This document shows, piece after piece, positions 27,283 to 37,356 of a stretch of DNA of 64,000 nucleotides (its first letter is position 1; each line of letters starts with the position of its first letter). Source of the DNA: an uncultured virus (IMG/VR IMGVR_UViG_3300027969_000078) (taxonomy: Duplodnaviria > Heunggongvirae > Uroviricota > Caudoviricetes). The stretch is taken from IMG/VR virus record IMGVR_UViG_3300027969_000078. One strand, given 5' to 3'. A program made the position numbers and the translations under genes. Below the pieces are notes generated by a model, which had not been told where the DNA came from, searched no databases, and saw only the letters and a list, made by a program, of their open reading frames with translations.

Positions 27283-28272
27283 TTACTGGTATGTACCTGA
27301 AGGTTTAGCGTTCTGGAGTGTCCACTTGATGTTGCTGTAGCCACCAGTTGAACCTGCATCGGTTGTGTTAGCAATAGCGCGAACATCAACATCAATTTCT
27401 ACAAAGTCCTTGTCGCGAGCAATAACAGCGGCTGTGTAAGCACCCTTTGTAACTGTAAATGCAATCTGTGTTGCTGATGCACCTGTTCCTTGTGACCAGT
27501 TAAGTGTCATTGCTGGTTGTGTGTTTGTAAGGTAACGAGTAAGTTCTGTATCATTTTCCATTACAAACTTAAACTTACCTTTAGTCTCAAGTGCGCCAAG
27601 AAATACCTGATAAGGGTCCTTTGTATTAGCAAGCCCAAAGATAGGCGTTACTGGACGAGTCAATGTAATATCGCCATCAACAACATTAGAAACTGTTGCT
27701 CCTGCAATAGATACCGTGGCAAGCCATACTGGCGTAGGTAGCACGGTTGAGAATGTGGGTGTTGGGGTTGATGCTGTTTGTGATAACCAGCCCATTGCTT
27801 TTGCATCATAGTCCAACAAACCATCTGCCGTGAACTTTAAAGTCATATCGCTAATTTGGATGCCAGGATATGCGCGTACATTTGCCGCATAAAAGTCGGT
27901 CAACGTAAACGCAGTAGGTTGAGCATCTGCTGCTACCGCCGAAGCATTCTTTAGCGAAATTGTGTGGGTGTAAGGTGCAGTTGAACCTGATGTCGCAACG
28001 CTACCCATAATTCCACCAAGTACATATCCGATAGTATCTGGGTAAACTGGGCCACCAAAGTCGTATGTTGAGTTACTGCGACCCTGAACATAAGCATAGT
28101 CTTTTACAAGCGAACCTTGCGCCATATCGGATGCTGTAAGTTCACCAATAACATCCGCAGGTTTTAACTTGGATGATTCAACTGCAATAAAATCTGTTGG
28201 TGCTACGGGAGTACCTTTGGTTACTTCTTTGGCAATACCTAAGTAACTCCGCGCTGTATTTTGTACTGTCAT
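27283..28272 (-). CDS. Major tail tube protein
   Basis: YLGIAKEVTKGTPVAPT N-terminus; position before the TAC genes. Confidence 0.85.
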   Translation of the reverse strand: MTVQNTARSYLGIAKEVTKGTPVAPTDFIAVESSKLKPADVIGELTASDMAQGSLVKDYAYVQGRSNSTYDFGGPVYPDTIGYVLGGIMGSVATSGSTAPYTHTISLKNASAVAADAQPTAFTLTDFYAANVRAYPGIQISDMTLKFTADGLLDYDAKAMGWLSQTASTPTPTFSTVLPTPVWLATVSIAGATVSNVVDGDITLTRPVTPIFGLANTKDPYQVFLGALETKGKFKFVMENDTELTRYLTNTQPAMTLNWSQGTGASATQIAFTVTKGAYTAAVIARDKDFVEIDVDVRAIANTTDAGSTGGYSNIKWTLQNAKPSGTYQ

Positions 28273-28439
28273 TCTTCATTCTCCTTAGTTACGGCAGGTG
28301 TTGCCTTTAGTGTTTTAACTTGCAAGACATCGGGTGCGGAAAAATCACTCGGCGCCTCAAAATTATCTCCTGGCTTTACTGTTACCCCAATGCTGGGGAA
28401 TACGCGCTCGCCTTCGCCTTTGTATACGAATGTAACCAT
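28269..28439 (-). CDS. Small hypothetical structural protein
   Basis: MVTFVYKGEGERVFP...VKPGD; GGGAG RBS. Confidence 0.55.
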   Translation of the reverse strand: MVTFVYKGEGERVFPSIGVTVKPGDNFEAPSDFSAPDVLQVKTLKATPAVTKENEE

Positions 28440-28447
28440 TTCTCTCC

Positions 28448-28981
28448 CTATGCCTGTATCATTTGAGTTACTGTAAAGCGCATTGACGCCCAAGTTTCGG
28501 TGGATGTTCCTTTTTGAGACATAGGTTCTCCATAAGTTACGTCTATTTGCGGTTCTGCACCTTGCCAAATCAACGCACCAGTTGGATCTCCAAAAGTGTG
28601 ATCCGAACGTAGTCGTTCCTTAAGGCAATCTATAACATAATCAAAATCATCCATCGCTTGCTCGGCGGTACGCGACAAGGAATGCTGGAACAATTGCAAA
28701 ATTACTGTGTAGTCAATGCGTTTCCAACCAGCGTGAGCGCCATCATCCGTGCCATTAAACCCACCTAGAGCAATACGCGTTTCTGTCTCTGACTCAATAA
28801 ATATGACCACCGCAACGCGACTTTGCTGGTTTGGTAGTGCATTAACTTGAAAGTCAATACGCTTAGGTAGTGAGGTAAAGACTTGGTTGATACCATCAAC
28901 TTGCGGCGGGTTAATAAAGTTGTAGAGAACTTGTCTAACCTGTGCACGACCAACGGTGCTGTTGGGGTTTGCATTACCCAT
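28448..28981 (-). CDS. Tail terminator-like protein
   Basis: Position; LRSDHTFG motif. Confidence 0.6.
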   Translation of the reverse strand: MGNANPNSTVGRAQVRQVLYNFINPPQVDGINQVFTSLPKRIDFQVNALPNQQSRVAVVIFIESETETRIALGGFNGTDDGAHAGWKRIDYTVILQLFQHSLSRTAEQAMDDFDYVIDCLKERLRSDHTFGDPTGALIWQGAEPQIDVTYGEPMSQKGTSTETWASMRFTVTQMIQA

Positions 28982-29875
28982 TTATCTAATCCTGCTGTAA
29001 GTGTCTAGGATACTGGCGGCTGTTCTTAACTCGTCAGCATATCTATCTGAACCAGGTGTAGCCATAGATGGTTGAGTTGAGACCATCATTGTCATTGAAC
29101 TATCACCACGCACTTTAAGGAACGCTGTGGTTACAAGAATTGCGGCTTGCTTAATTGCTGGTGGAAGTGCGCTAATTGCCGAACCAAACGCGTGCGGATA
29201 GCGTAATATGCGAGTAAGTGGAATTGTTGAGGAACCATAAGTGTAGGTACTTGCAACTGTAACATTTTCTGTATTTATTCCGTCATAAATTGTAAGCATT
29301 TGACCAGCAATAATTCCAGTAGGGTCTTGTACCGTAATTGCGGTTGCTCCAACAATAGATAAAGATGAGAAAGTTGTATTGGCATATCCAGCAACATATG
29401 TGTAATTTAGAAATACCGTGTTGCTTGGTCCACCATTGTAAGAACCAAATGATAGTGGTCCTTGCGAAGTCCAGTTACCTAGGTTGGCATTTGGAATAAT
29501 AATTTGTTGATCTTCAATCCAAGCAATAGAGCAATCGCCTAGCGAAGCCATATTGGTTGGGTAGCCATAATTGAATTCCGTTAATGCCACAATAGGACTA
29601 AAGCGCGGGTGAAATCTAATAGACCCATCGCCGCTCACGCGTGAGCGTTGCTGCTCGGTCTCTACAGTAGCGCCTAAAGTTTGGTTGCAGTATGTATCCA
29701 TCCAAGAGGATGCGCGGGCAATAACATTGCGCAATTCATTATCCTGAACTTCGGGATCTTGCGAGGAAAATACTAGGTTGTCTAAGTCAATAGCGGTAGG
29801 TGCGGCCCTGTATTCTTCAAGTGTAAGATAAGGAACTGTTAGTAACTGCGTGGTGTAACCATATCCATTAGCCAT
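28982..29875 (-). CDS. Head-tail adaptor
   Basis: IARASSWMDTYC...YVAGY...LPPAIKQAA. Confidence 0.75.
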   Translation of the reverse strand: MANGYGYTTQLLTVPYLTLEEYRAAPTAIDLDNLVFSSQDPEVQDNELRNVIARASSWMDTYCNQTLGATVETEQQRSRVSGDGSIRFHPRFSPIVALTEFNYGYPTNMASLGDCSIAWIEDQQIIIPNANLGNWTSQGPLSFGSYNGGPSNTVFLNYTYVAGYANTTFSSLSIVGATAITVQDPTGIIAGQMLTIYDGINTENVTVASTYTYGSSTIPLTRILRYPHAFGSAISALPPAIKQAAILVTTAFLKVRGDSSMTMMVSTQPSMATPGSDRYADELRTAASILDTYSRIR

Positions 29876-30122
29876 TTATCTCTCCACACTTGGAACATTG
29901 TTTGAAAAAGGAACCGAATCCGCACGCTTTGCACGGATAACCTTTAGCGGTTGTGACGCCGCTTGCACTTGCCTCAGTTAAGCCTTCGTCTTTTAATTTT
30001 TTAATAAGTTTTTTGTCGGTAACGTGGAACATTCCATCGCGGCTGGTACGCAGCACTCTTTGTCCTGTCTTAGTGCTTACGCCAAGTTCCTTCATACCTT
30101 TCGGTCCGATAATCTTTGTCAT
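29868..30122 (-). CDS. Small zinc-finger protein
   Basis: CKACGFGSFFKQCSKCG. Confidence 0.65.
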   Translation of the reverse strand: MTKIIGPKGMKELGVSTKTGQRVLRTSRDGMFHVTDKKLIKKLKDEGLTEASASGVTTAKGYPCKACGFGSFFKQCSKCGEING

Positions 30123-30126
30123 AGCG

Positions 30127-30197
30127 CTTCCCCCCATAGATTCGAACTATGATTCACAACTTCAAAGGCTGTTGTCCTGCCGTTGGACGAGAGGGAA
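30127..30197 (-). tRNA. tRNA-Gln(UUG), CCA not encoded
   Basis: TTCCCTC/GGGGGAA acceptor, GTCC/GGAC D arm, ACAGC-CTTTGAA-GTTGT anticodon arm, CATAG-TTCGAAT-CTATG T arm. Confidence 0.9.
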
Positions 30198-30248
30198 TCA
30201 TTTTGTTTGATGAGCAGTTTTAATTCGTGCTCAGGAACTTATTTAGTT

Positions 30249-30335
30249 TTACTTTTCTGTAATCATCTCGGCGGTTGATACATCATCTCTGCCGTGATTA
30301 TCGGCAGGTTGATTGCAACCACATTCAAGACACAT
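30249..30335 (-). CDS. 28-aa peptide MCLECGCNQPADNHG...
   Basis: TAATG coupling to the capsid stop; CxxCxC...H. Confidence 0.5.
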   Translation of the reverse strand: MCLECGCNQPADNHGRDDVSTAEMITEK

Positions 30336-32005
30336 TATGCAGAGACAATTCCCGATACAACACCGTTCCACGCTGGCGCGTAGCACATAAATGTGCCGCG
30401 GAAGTATGTAGAGAAGTCGTATGAGAATTGGTTAACAGGCCATTGGATACCCATATAGTCTTGCACAAGTACGTTTGCCCAGACATCAGATACCTCTGTG
30501 TCAGGAATTGGTAGTGTGTAAGAAAGTACAGGAGCAACGCCCTGTGGAAGCCAAGGGTGAACTGTGAGGTTTACCATCTTGCCAGTGATTTCGTTGTTAA
30601 GCGCGCCAATTACAGCACCGCCAACATAGTCACCAGTCTCTGTTTGTGAGAGATTTAGACGATAGTTTGCAGTTGAACCATTCTTGATTGTGTCTGAGAG
30701 TTGCTTACGATCTTGACCGTTGAGCAGGATCTCGTCTGGGTCAGCCTTTACGGCATCGTAAAGTTGTCCAAAGACTTGCTGGAATTCTGCGCCTGGGTTA
30801 GAGGTTGAGAATGTTGAGTTAATGGTGTTGATAGCACCTGAGATGGTTGGGTTAAGAACTGTTGGAAGAATTCCGTCATAACCTGTTGCGTATGCAGATG
30901 TATCTGTAGCCGCTGTTGAAGCAAGTGCGCCTGTTGTTGTGTATGGCGCTGTGTTGCCTGTTGTCTGAGTTGATGCAGCACCTTGAACAACAAATTGTGT
31001 TGAAGTTGTGCGACCCTGATAGAAGCAATTTGCTGTGCCAGTTGTTGTACCGACATAGATGCGGTAACCAATTGCGCCTGATACTGCTGACACATTGATT
31101 TGCAATACATCGCCAGCAGAAACTGCGTGTGATTGAACTGTTGAAACTACTGACTGACCAAATGCACCAGCATCAGAAGTGACATACACATAGTATGTTG
31201 TCGCCGCAAGTGCTGTCTGTGAACCAGATGCAACTGGTGATGTAAGAGTTACTGTTGCAGGAGCAGCAAGTGCGCCTGAGTAACCTGAACCTGTACCGCG
31301 AGCCATAAGCATCATACGTTCTTCCATCAACATTGTTGAGTAGAGAGTAGATGTGCTTGATAGTTGGCGAAGGTCTTGGTATCCCAAACCTGAGAAGTTC
31401 GCGTCAAACGAAACCTGATCAGATAGTGAGTATGAGTTGTAAGGAAGAACTAAATCATCCGCTGTGTAGGAGATTTGTGGTCCACGTTGGTACATAAGTG
31501 GCGTGGTTGATCCCGGAGCAAAGTCGTTCTGGGTGAACTGTGTAACGCCTGGCCAGATGTTTCCTTGACCGCCTGTACCTGTACCTGTGTAACCTGTGAT
31601 GCGCTTGATACGGTGTGATGTACCAATACCCTTCTTGCGAACGATCTTGTTACGCAAAGGTGTTGGACGTGGTGTAAGCATCTTTGCAGGTGCTTCCAAG
31701 TCAAACGCTGCGAATGATGTTGAAAGTGGGTTTGTAAGCGTGATTTCCTTAGCGATATCCGCTGAGATTGTACGCTGTGATGCAAGTGCTGTGTTAAGTG
31801 CTGATACTGCATCTGGTGAAAGTGACTTGTTTGCAACAAGTGCTTCCATTTGTGCAGTTGGGTCAGCCTGTGGTGCTACGCCTGGTGTGTGTGATGGGTT
31901 AGCAAATGACTTGTTGAGTGCTCCAAGATATTGTTCTTGAAGTTCAGCCGCTTCGCGTGGGGTTACATCACCGAACAGGTCTTTTGCTTTAGGCATCTGT
32001 GCCAT
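30335..32005 (-). CDS. Major capsid protein (phage A) with inserted Ig/FN3-like domain
   Basis: Follows protease/scaffold; FDLEAPAK...TPLRNKI; Thr-rich beta insert. Confidence 0.8.
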   Translation of the reverse strand: MAQMPKAKDLFGDVTPREAAELQEQYLGALNKSFANPSHTPGVAPQADPTAQMEALVANKSLSPDAVSALNTALASQRTISADIAKEITLTNPLSTSFAAFDLEAPAKMLTPRPTPLRNKIVRKKGIGTSHRIKRITGYTGTGTGGQGNIWPGVTQFTQNDFAPGSTTPLMYQRGPQISYTADDLVLPYNSYSLSDQVSFDANFSGLGYQDLRQLSSTSTLYSTMLMEERMMLMARGTGSGYSGALAAPATVTLTSPVASGSQTALAATTYYVYVTSDAGAFGQSVVSTVQSHAVSAGDVLQINVSAVSGAIGYRIYVGTTTGTANCFYQGRTTSTQFVVQGAASTQTTGNTAPYTTTGALASTAATDTSAYATGYDGILPTVLNPTISGAINTINSTFSTSNPGAEFQQVFGQLYDAVKADPDEILLNGQDRKQLSDTIKNGSTANYRLNLSQTETGDYVGGAVIGALNNEITGKMVNLTVHPWLPQGVAPVLSYTLPIPDTEVSDVWANVLVQDYMGIQWPVNQFSYDFSTYFRGTFMCYAPAWNGVVSGIVSA

Positions 32006-32034
32006 AAGTTTATATCCTTTTCGTTAAGTGTGAA

Positions 32035-34314
32035 TTAGTTTTGTGACTTAGGGCTTGCTTTTGCAATAAAATCACTTGCAAGTTCGCGGTATCCCTTAGC
32101 CAAAACTGGGTCGGTTGTTGCGTCAGCCTTAGCCTTGTATTGCGCTGCCTTTACAAGCAGGTCATTTTGGGCTGCATCTGACATTTTTGTTGCTGTGCGC
32201 TTAGGGCCACCTGCAACTGATTTTGATAGTGCCGTTGCTAGGTCAGATTCAAGTTTTACTGACTTCTCTACCGCTGACTTCTTTTCAGCAAGCAAGGTAT
32301 CAATCTCTACTTTAACCGAGTCCATCGCACTCTTAACGGCTTTCTCAATGAGGCTCTTTACGACCTCATCATCCTCAGACTCATCATCTTCGGAAACTTT
32401 TTTCTTTTCTTTATCCATATCTTCATCTTCTTCGTCAGCATCAACGGCTTTTGCCTCATCTGCTGGCTTTTGTTCTTCCGCTTCGCGTACTTCTTCTTCG
32501 GCGGTTTCAGCAGCAACGGCTGGACCTTCTGCGGTTTCTTCTTCCGCGGTCTCTCCATAAGCCTTTTCCACATCGTCATACCCGTGGGACTTACATTCTG
32601 CTGCAATATCATCTACGGCTTTGCGAGCCGCTGCATATCGTTCAATCATTTCTTCACGAGAAGGAATTGACTTGGATTCACCATTCATAGGCATTCCTTC
32701 TTCTTTGTTAATGGCAGACTTTGCTGCCCTGCGTTGTCTTGCCATTCTTGGCTCCTTAGTTGTTGTTGCTGATTTTATTGGACTATCATCGCCTTCCAAT
32801 ATAGCGTCATACACTGCTTCAATTTCTTCCATTCTGGAATCCAAATCATCAGCAAAACTAGCAAGAATTCTACTGTCAGCATTTCTTAATGAACTTGCTG
32901 CTTCATCCATACGAACCAATGCTGAGTCAAGTGCTGCCGCTCTTGCATCGTTGTCTTTGGCAAAATAAGCGCGTTCCAGTTGTTCATTGGCTTCCTTAAT
33001 GGAATCTTGCGCATCTGCGGTCATTTCTTCATCTTGCTCAGACAAATCTTCCACATAATCATCGTGATCTTCGTCATACAAATTATCTATGCCCATTGAA
33101 ATATCTTCGTTGCCTGAAATTGTATCGTTGATTGACTGTTGATCTGTTTCGTTAAAACCTGACTCGCTTGGCACATCAGCGGGCTTGTCCTCGTTAGAAG
33201 GTTTATCTTCGCCAGAAGGTTTATCCGACCCACCTCCGCCACTTGGACTATGATCTGACTGGTCGTGGTCACCGTGCTTTGTTATTGCTGACTTACGAAC
33301 CTTTATACCCTTGGCTGTTTTTTCTTCTCTGCCATAGTATCCGTCTAGAAATCCTTCAACTTCATCTATAAGATCCTGTATATCATTTTGCACGCGTTCG
33401 GCATCGCTGTGACTTACCTCGCTCATGCGATCAAAGGACACTTCTAAATCTCTAAGTGTATCTTCCATGTTGGATGTAAATTCGCGCTCGGATTGATTTT
33501 CAATTCCATCCAAGTAACCGCCAGCATCATTTAATGTATCTAGCGCCTCCCCTATTGCATCCGCGCTTTCGTTATCACCTGAGTCTCTTAATTCATCTTC
33601 TATATCGCCCAGTTCGTCGCGTATGTCCGAAATAGAGGTACTTACATTGTTGGCGGTTCTGTCGCCTTCAATTCTTGAATCAGTTTTTGAGTCGCCGCCA
33701 GAAGGTTTATCCTCGCCACTTGGCTTATCTGAACCGCCACCACCGCCGCTAGGTGAGTGGTCTGACTGGTCGTGATCGCCGTGCTTTGCAATATCGCTAG
33801 GTAGTGGCGCTTTGTATTCGTGCAATTCTTCAACCTGCACCAAACTTGACTCGCCTTCAACCGACTTAGCCAAAATTAACTTGGCTGACGGATTCGCAGG
33901 ACGATCTACTAAACTGACTTCAATAATCTGCCCGTCAATGATGCGACCATTTGCTGCCTTATTGTCGCGTACAACGCGTGGGGACTTAATGCCAATACTA
34001 AATCCTTGGTATACACCAGTCTCTACCTTCTTGGCAGCGATTGGGTCTACAACGTGAACGCCAATGTAATGACCATCCTTCTTTGACTCATATTCTTTGG
34101 CAATTCCAGCGGCTGATGGACCGTGCATCTCGCGAATGTTTCCGCCTGACTTGAACCACGCTGGCATAGCCTCATCAAGCCAAGCGGCATCACAAATTTG
34201 TGCATCCAAGTCCAATGTGTCATCGGTAGCCTTACCAAATACCATAAGAGTGCCGTCATCATTCTTATCGTACTTGACAATTTGTGCATAACTTGTTGTG
34301 TAGTTCATAGTCAT
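32035..34314 (-). CDS. Prohead protease-scaffold polyprotein with two acidic inserts
   Basis: NIREMH...GFSIG...EVSLVDRPANP protease; helical scaffold-like C-terminus. Confidence 0.85.
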   Translation of the reverse strand: MTMNYTTSYAQIVKYDKNDDGTLMVFGKATDDTLDLDAQICDAAWLDEAMPAWFKSGGNIREMHGPSAAGIAKEYESKKDGHYIGVHVVDPIAAKKVETGVYQGFSIGIKSPRVVRDNKAANGRIIDGQIIEVSLVDRPANPSAKLILAKSVEGESSLVQVEELHEYKAPLPSDIAKHGDHDQSDHSPSGGGGGSDKPSGEDKPSGGDSKTDSRIEGDRTANNVSTSISDIRDELGDIEDELRDSGDNESADAIGEALDTLNDAGGYLDGIENQSEREFTSNMEDTLRDLEVSFDRMSEVSHSDAERVQNDIQDLIDEVEGFLDGYYGREEKTAKGIKVRKSAITKHGDHDQSDHSPSGGGGSDKPSGEDKPSNEDKPADVPSESGFNETDQQSINDTISGNEDISMGIDNLYDEDHDDYVEDLSEQDEEMTADAQDSIKEANEQLERAYFAKDNDARAAALDSALVRMDEAASSLRNADSRILASFADDLDSRMEEIEAVYDAILEGDDSPIKSATTTKEPRMARQRRAAKSAINKEEGMPMNGESKSIPSREEMIERYAAARKAVDDIAAECKSHGYDDVEKAYGETAEEETAEGPAVAAETAEEEVREAEEQKPADEAKAVDADEEDEDMDKEKKKVSEDDESEDDEVVKSLIEKAVKSAMDSVKVEIDTLLAEKKSAVEKSVKLESDLATALSKSVAGGPKRTATKMSDAAQNDLLVKAAQYKAKADATTDPVLAKGYRELASDFIAKASPKSQN

Positions 34315-34323
34315 TTTTTCTCC

Positions 34324-34605
34324 TTATGCCGAGTAAGTAATAACGACGCAGCCAGCCGCAGACGCTGCCGCTGAAATTCCGTAAATAATGTCGCCAGCGC
34401 TTGCGTAGAAGGTTTGCGAATTGCTTGCTGCAAGTGTGCGCCCAATGGTTGCACCTGATGTAGTAATAGCGCTATCGCCCACAAAAATAGCCGCACTATG
34501 ACCATTGTAAACCGTAATTGGGGTTTGTGGCCTAGCGTTCTTGTCCACTTGGTGCAAAACTGATGCCGTTGTAAGCGTCTGGGTGTTTATATGCTTAAAT
34601 GCCAT
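34324..34605 (-). CDS. Small beta-rich structural protein
   Basis: AAGGAG RBS; in the head module. Confidence 0.55.
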   Translation of the reverse strand: MAFKHINTQTLTTASVLHQVDKNARPQTPITVYNGHSAAIFVGDSAITTSGATIGRTLAASNSQTFYASAGDIIYGISAAASAAGCVVITYSA

Positions 34606-34636
34606 TTTGTTCTCCTTAGATCATTTAGTATATCGG

Positions 34637-35443
34637 TTAATCAATGAAAATACTCTCGTCAGTATCGTCATTTGAACTTAGGTCAAAGTATGGCGCCAAA
34701 GCGCACATACAATTTGGATGGGCTGGCGGTTCGCTGTCGCCCGACGGGAAGGTATCACCTATGCCTATAGGGGAAGCATCTGCATTGTCTTGGCATAAGT
34801 CACAACCTTCCGCGACCAGCCACTCCACTTGATCAACCTGCGCTCGTTCGTATTCATCGCGTGAGGCTACGGACATTGCTCTACTCATCTCGGTCTGAGC
34901 AATAATTAAAGCCTGTGAAGGATCATCAATAATTGAGTCAATCATCTGCGCTGTTTGTTGAGGTGTAAAACCCTTTTCCAAACCAGTTGCTAACGCTGTG
35001 CCGATACGATCTAACTTGGTGCTTATTACTTCATCGGCAATTACTATCTTACGGGAGTCAAGTAAGGACTGTAAGCCACCTCTAGGCTTAACCAATGCTG
35101 CTGCACTAGGTAACCCAGGTTTCCAAGTAGACCAGTTTACTGTCGCTACGCTAACATCCTTCTTTAAACCTTTCAGGCGGGTTGAAGCAACCTTGGCACC
35201 CAGCGTATAACCATCCGCATACAAGCGCGCTAACGCAACTTGTACAGGTTTTTTGTCGGCTATTACTTGAGTACGAGCCCAGTCTCTAGCCGTTTTAGGC
35301 GAAACTGAACCACCTGCGGGGTGGGTTTCAGCCCAAGATTGGGCTATCGCATCACCATCCAGGGCAGACCTAAATGCTTTACGAATTCTAGTCGCGTTCT
35401 TTGCAGCAACTCTTACAACTACCGTCTTTTCAGGCCACTTCAT
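34637..35443 (-). CDS. MuF/gpF-like minor head protein
   Basis: IAQTEMSRA...CDLC...PPAHPNCMC. Confidence 0.85.
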   Translation of the reverse strand: MKWPEKTVVVRVAAKNATRIRKAFRSALDGDAIAQSWAETHPAGGSVSPKTARDWARTQVIADKKPVQVALARLYADGYTLGAKVASTRLKGLKKDVSVATVNWSTWKPGLPSAAALVKPRGGLQSLLDSRKIVIADEVISTKLDRIGTALATGLEKGFTPQQTAQMIDSIIDDPSQALIIAQTEMSRAMSVASRDEYERAQVDQVEWLVAEGCDLCQDNADASPIGIGDTFPSGDSEPPAHPNCMCALAPYFDLSSNDDTDESIFID

Positions 35444-37329
35444 TAGATACCTAGATAATGTTCCGCGTACCAACGAGCGCTATCTACATCCTTAGTATCA
35501 ACAAACTTATTTAAGATTTCGGCATATGTTTCATCTAGTACTTGAAATTCAAATGCTCGCGAAGGTGTTCCTTTGCGTAACCAGCGAAGGAATTTTTTTA
35601 CTTCTTCCTCAGCATCAACAGGTTTGGCTTCAGGCTTATCTTCAGGATTTGCCTCTACAGGTACTTCCTCCACAGGTTTTTCGTCAGCGACAGGTACTTC
35701 GTCAGCGGCAGGTTCTTCTTCCGTTCCAAATCCCGCAAGTGGGTCTACTGGAGGTACTGCTGGGATAAGACCATCAGGACCGAAGAAATAAATACTTGGA
35801 CCAGCGACAAGCATTGGCATATCAGCCTCAGGTGTTTCAATAAGAGGTAAACCAAGTTCCGCACGGTTCTCATTAAGGGTTATTGAACCATTCTTCTTGC
35901 GAATATCATCTCGCGATGCTGTCTCAGCAGTATTAGTGCGCTCGCTAGGTGCGAGGCGGAACTCTAGTTCGCGTGGCATCCCAAGAAAACGATATGAAAG
36001 TGCCGAAATCATTTGCGAAACCCAGTTAGCGGTAGGCAAGATGCCGATTGCTTCGCCTGATTGTGCCTCACCTTGCTGTAGACCTGATGCACCTAACCCG
36101 CCACCACCGCCATTGAACCCAATTTCAGATGGTAGTACGCCAAAGTGTCCAGTAATAGATGAGACTAAGTAGTTATCCATCGCATCCGAGAACTTATCTG
36201 AGTAACCTTCTTCAAAATGTAATTTGCCACCAGGAACTAACAAGCGCATACGATTACGCTGTGCTGTTTGTCCTGATAGATCGTCATTATAGATATCTTC
36301 ATATGCTCTGATTTGGTCAGGCGTCATAGTGGTTGATTCAGGCAACTCTAAGTATGACTTAGGCATTGTGCCATCTGTGAACTCTGAACGAATCCATTGT
36401 TGGCGACGCAAGTAAATATCAGCAAGTGGTAAGCAACGCTCTGTAGGAGATAGTCCATACACACTATTGGAACGACGATTGCGTACAAAATAAGCAAGGT
36501 CATCCGAGGTAAATTCGCCATCCGCAACCTCATCATCTATTCCAGCATTAAACTCTGAGCGTGGGAAGCCAAAAAGAATTTGTTGGAATGCTGGACCAGA
36601 ACTTGGCTCTGGGCGCATACCGCGATCATCAAGTAGGGGTTTAATAGTTGAACCGTCAAGGATTTGGAACCCTCTAATTTCACCGCCTACAGTTACCTGT
36701 GGCCATATAGCCCAAGCATCAAGAACATCTATTTCTTCCATCGCCATTGACAACCAGTCCACAAAAGACAAACCATTTTGAGGGTCTGGCGTTTCCCAAA
36801 ACTTACGCAAACGACCAATCTCTGCTGAAAACTCTTCGCGTGATTGAGCAAGCGCAGTAAGGTGATTACCACCTTGTTCCGAGATGATGCGCTCTGTTGC
36901 GGCTTCACTAAGCACAATGTCCCACTTTAGGGAAGTAATTTTAGACTTTCTTACTTCAATACAACGGCGCACGATATCAATTTGATCTGATACTGCACGC
37001 AAAGTCTTAAAAGGTACAAGTCTGTTATCAGATACGTTGATGTTTTGAGCAACTTGGAATTCATAACGGCGCGGGTCTGGGCGACCTGTATCTGTACGAA
37101 GCGGGTTAATGGCTCCAGGAAAGATAGGCATACCAGGAGCAAAAGGAACACTTGCAAGTAGCGGGTTACGAGGTAAGGCTGTACTTACATTTGAGCCGTA
37201 CTGAGTCTGGGCAATACCAGCAGCACTCTGCATTTGTTGCATAGTCATTGTTCCAGCACCAGCAGGAAGATTTGGTGCCTTAACGATTTCATCTGCAACG
37301 CGTTTTGCAAATCTGTCAAACAGACCCAT
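35443..37329 (-). CDS. Portal protein (phage A)
   Basis: IVRRCIE, YGLSPTE, FGVLPSEIG, TLNENRAELGLP. Confidence 0.9.
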   Translation of the reverse strand: MGLFDRFAKRVADEIVKAPNLPAGAGTMTMQQMQSAAGIAQTQYGSNVSTALPRNPLLASVPFAPGMPIFPGAINPLRTDTGRPDPRRYEFQVAQNINVSDNRLVPFKTLRAVSDQIDIVRRCIEVRKSKITSLKWDIVLSEAATERIISEQGGNHLTALAQSREEFSAEIGRLRKFWETPDPQNGLSFVDWLSMAMEEIDVLDAWAIWPQVTVGGEIRGFQILDGSTIKPLLDDRGMRPEPSSGPAFQQILFGFPRSEFNAGIDDEVADGEFTSDDLAYFVRNRRSNSVYGLSPTERCLPLADIYLRRQQWIRSEFTDGTMPKSYLELPESTTMTPDQIRAYEDIYNDDLSGQTAQRNRMRLLVPGGKLHFEEGYSDKFSDAMDNYLVSSITGHFGVLPSEIGFNGGGGGLGASGLQQGEAQSGEAIGILPTANWVSQMISALSYRFLGMPRELEFRLAPSERTNTAETASRDDIRKKNGSITLNENRAELGLPLIETPEADMPMLVAGPSIYFFGPDGLIPAVPPVDPLAGFGTEEEPAADEVPVADEKPVEEVPVEANPEDKPEAKPVDAEEEVKKFLRWLRKGTPSRAFEFQVLDETYAEILNKFVDTKDVDSARWYAEHYLGI

Positions 37330-37341
37330 TGTCACTCCTAT

Positions 37342-37356
37342 TGGTATTGTATTCCT
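37342..37356 (+). promoter_or_regulatory. Extended -10 leaderless promoter of the inverted cassette
   Basis: TGG-TATTGT-N6-ATG(37357); no RBS. Confidence 0.55.

Noticed and set aside
37234..37356. ORF-track start of the propeller gene at 37234
   Set aside because: Overlaps the portal start in antisense; ATG 37357 has a leaderless promoter
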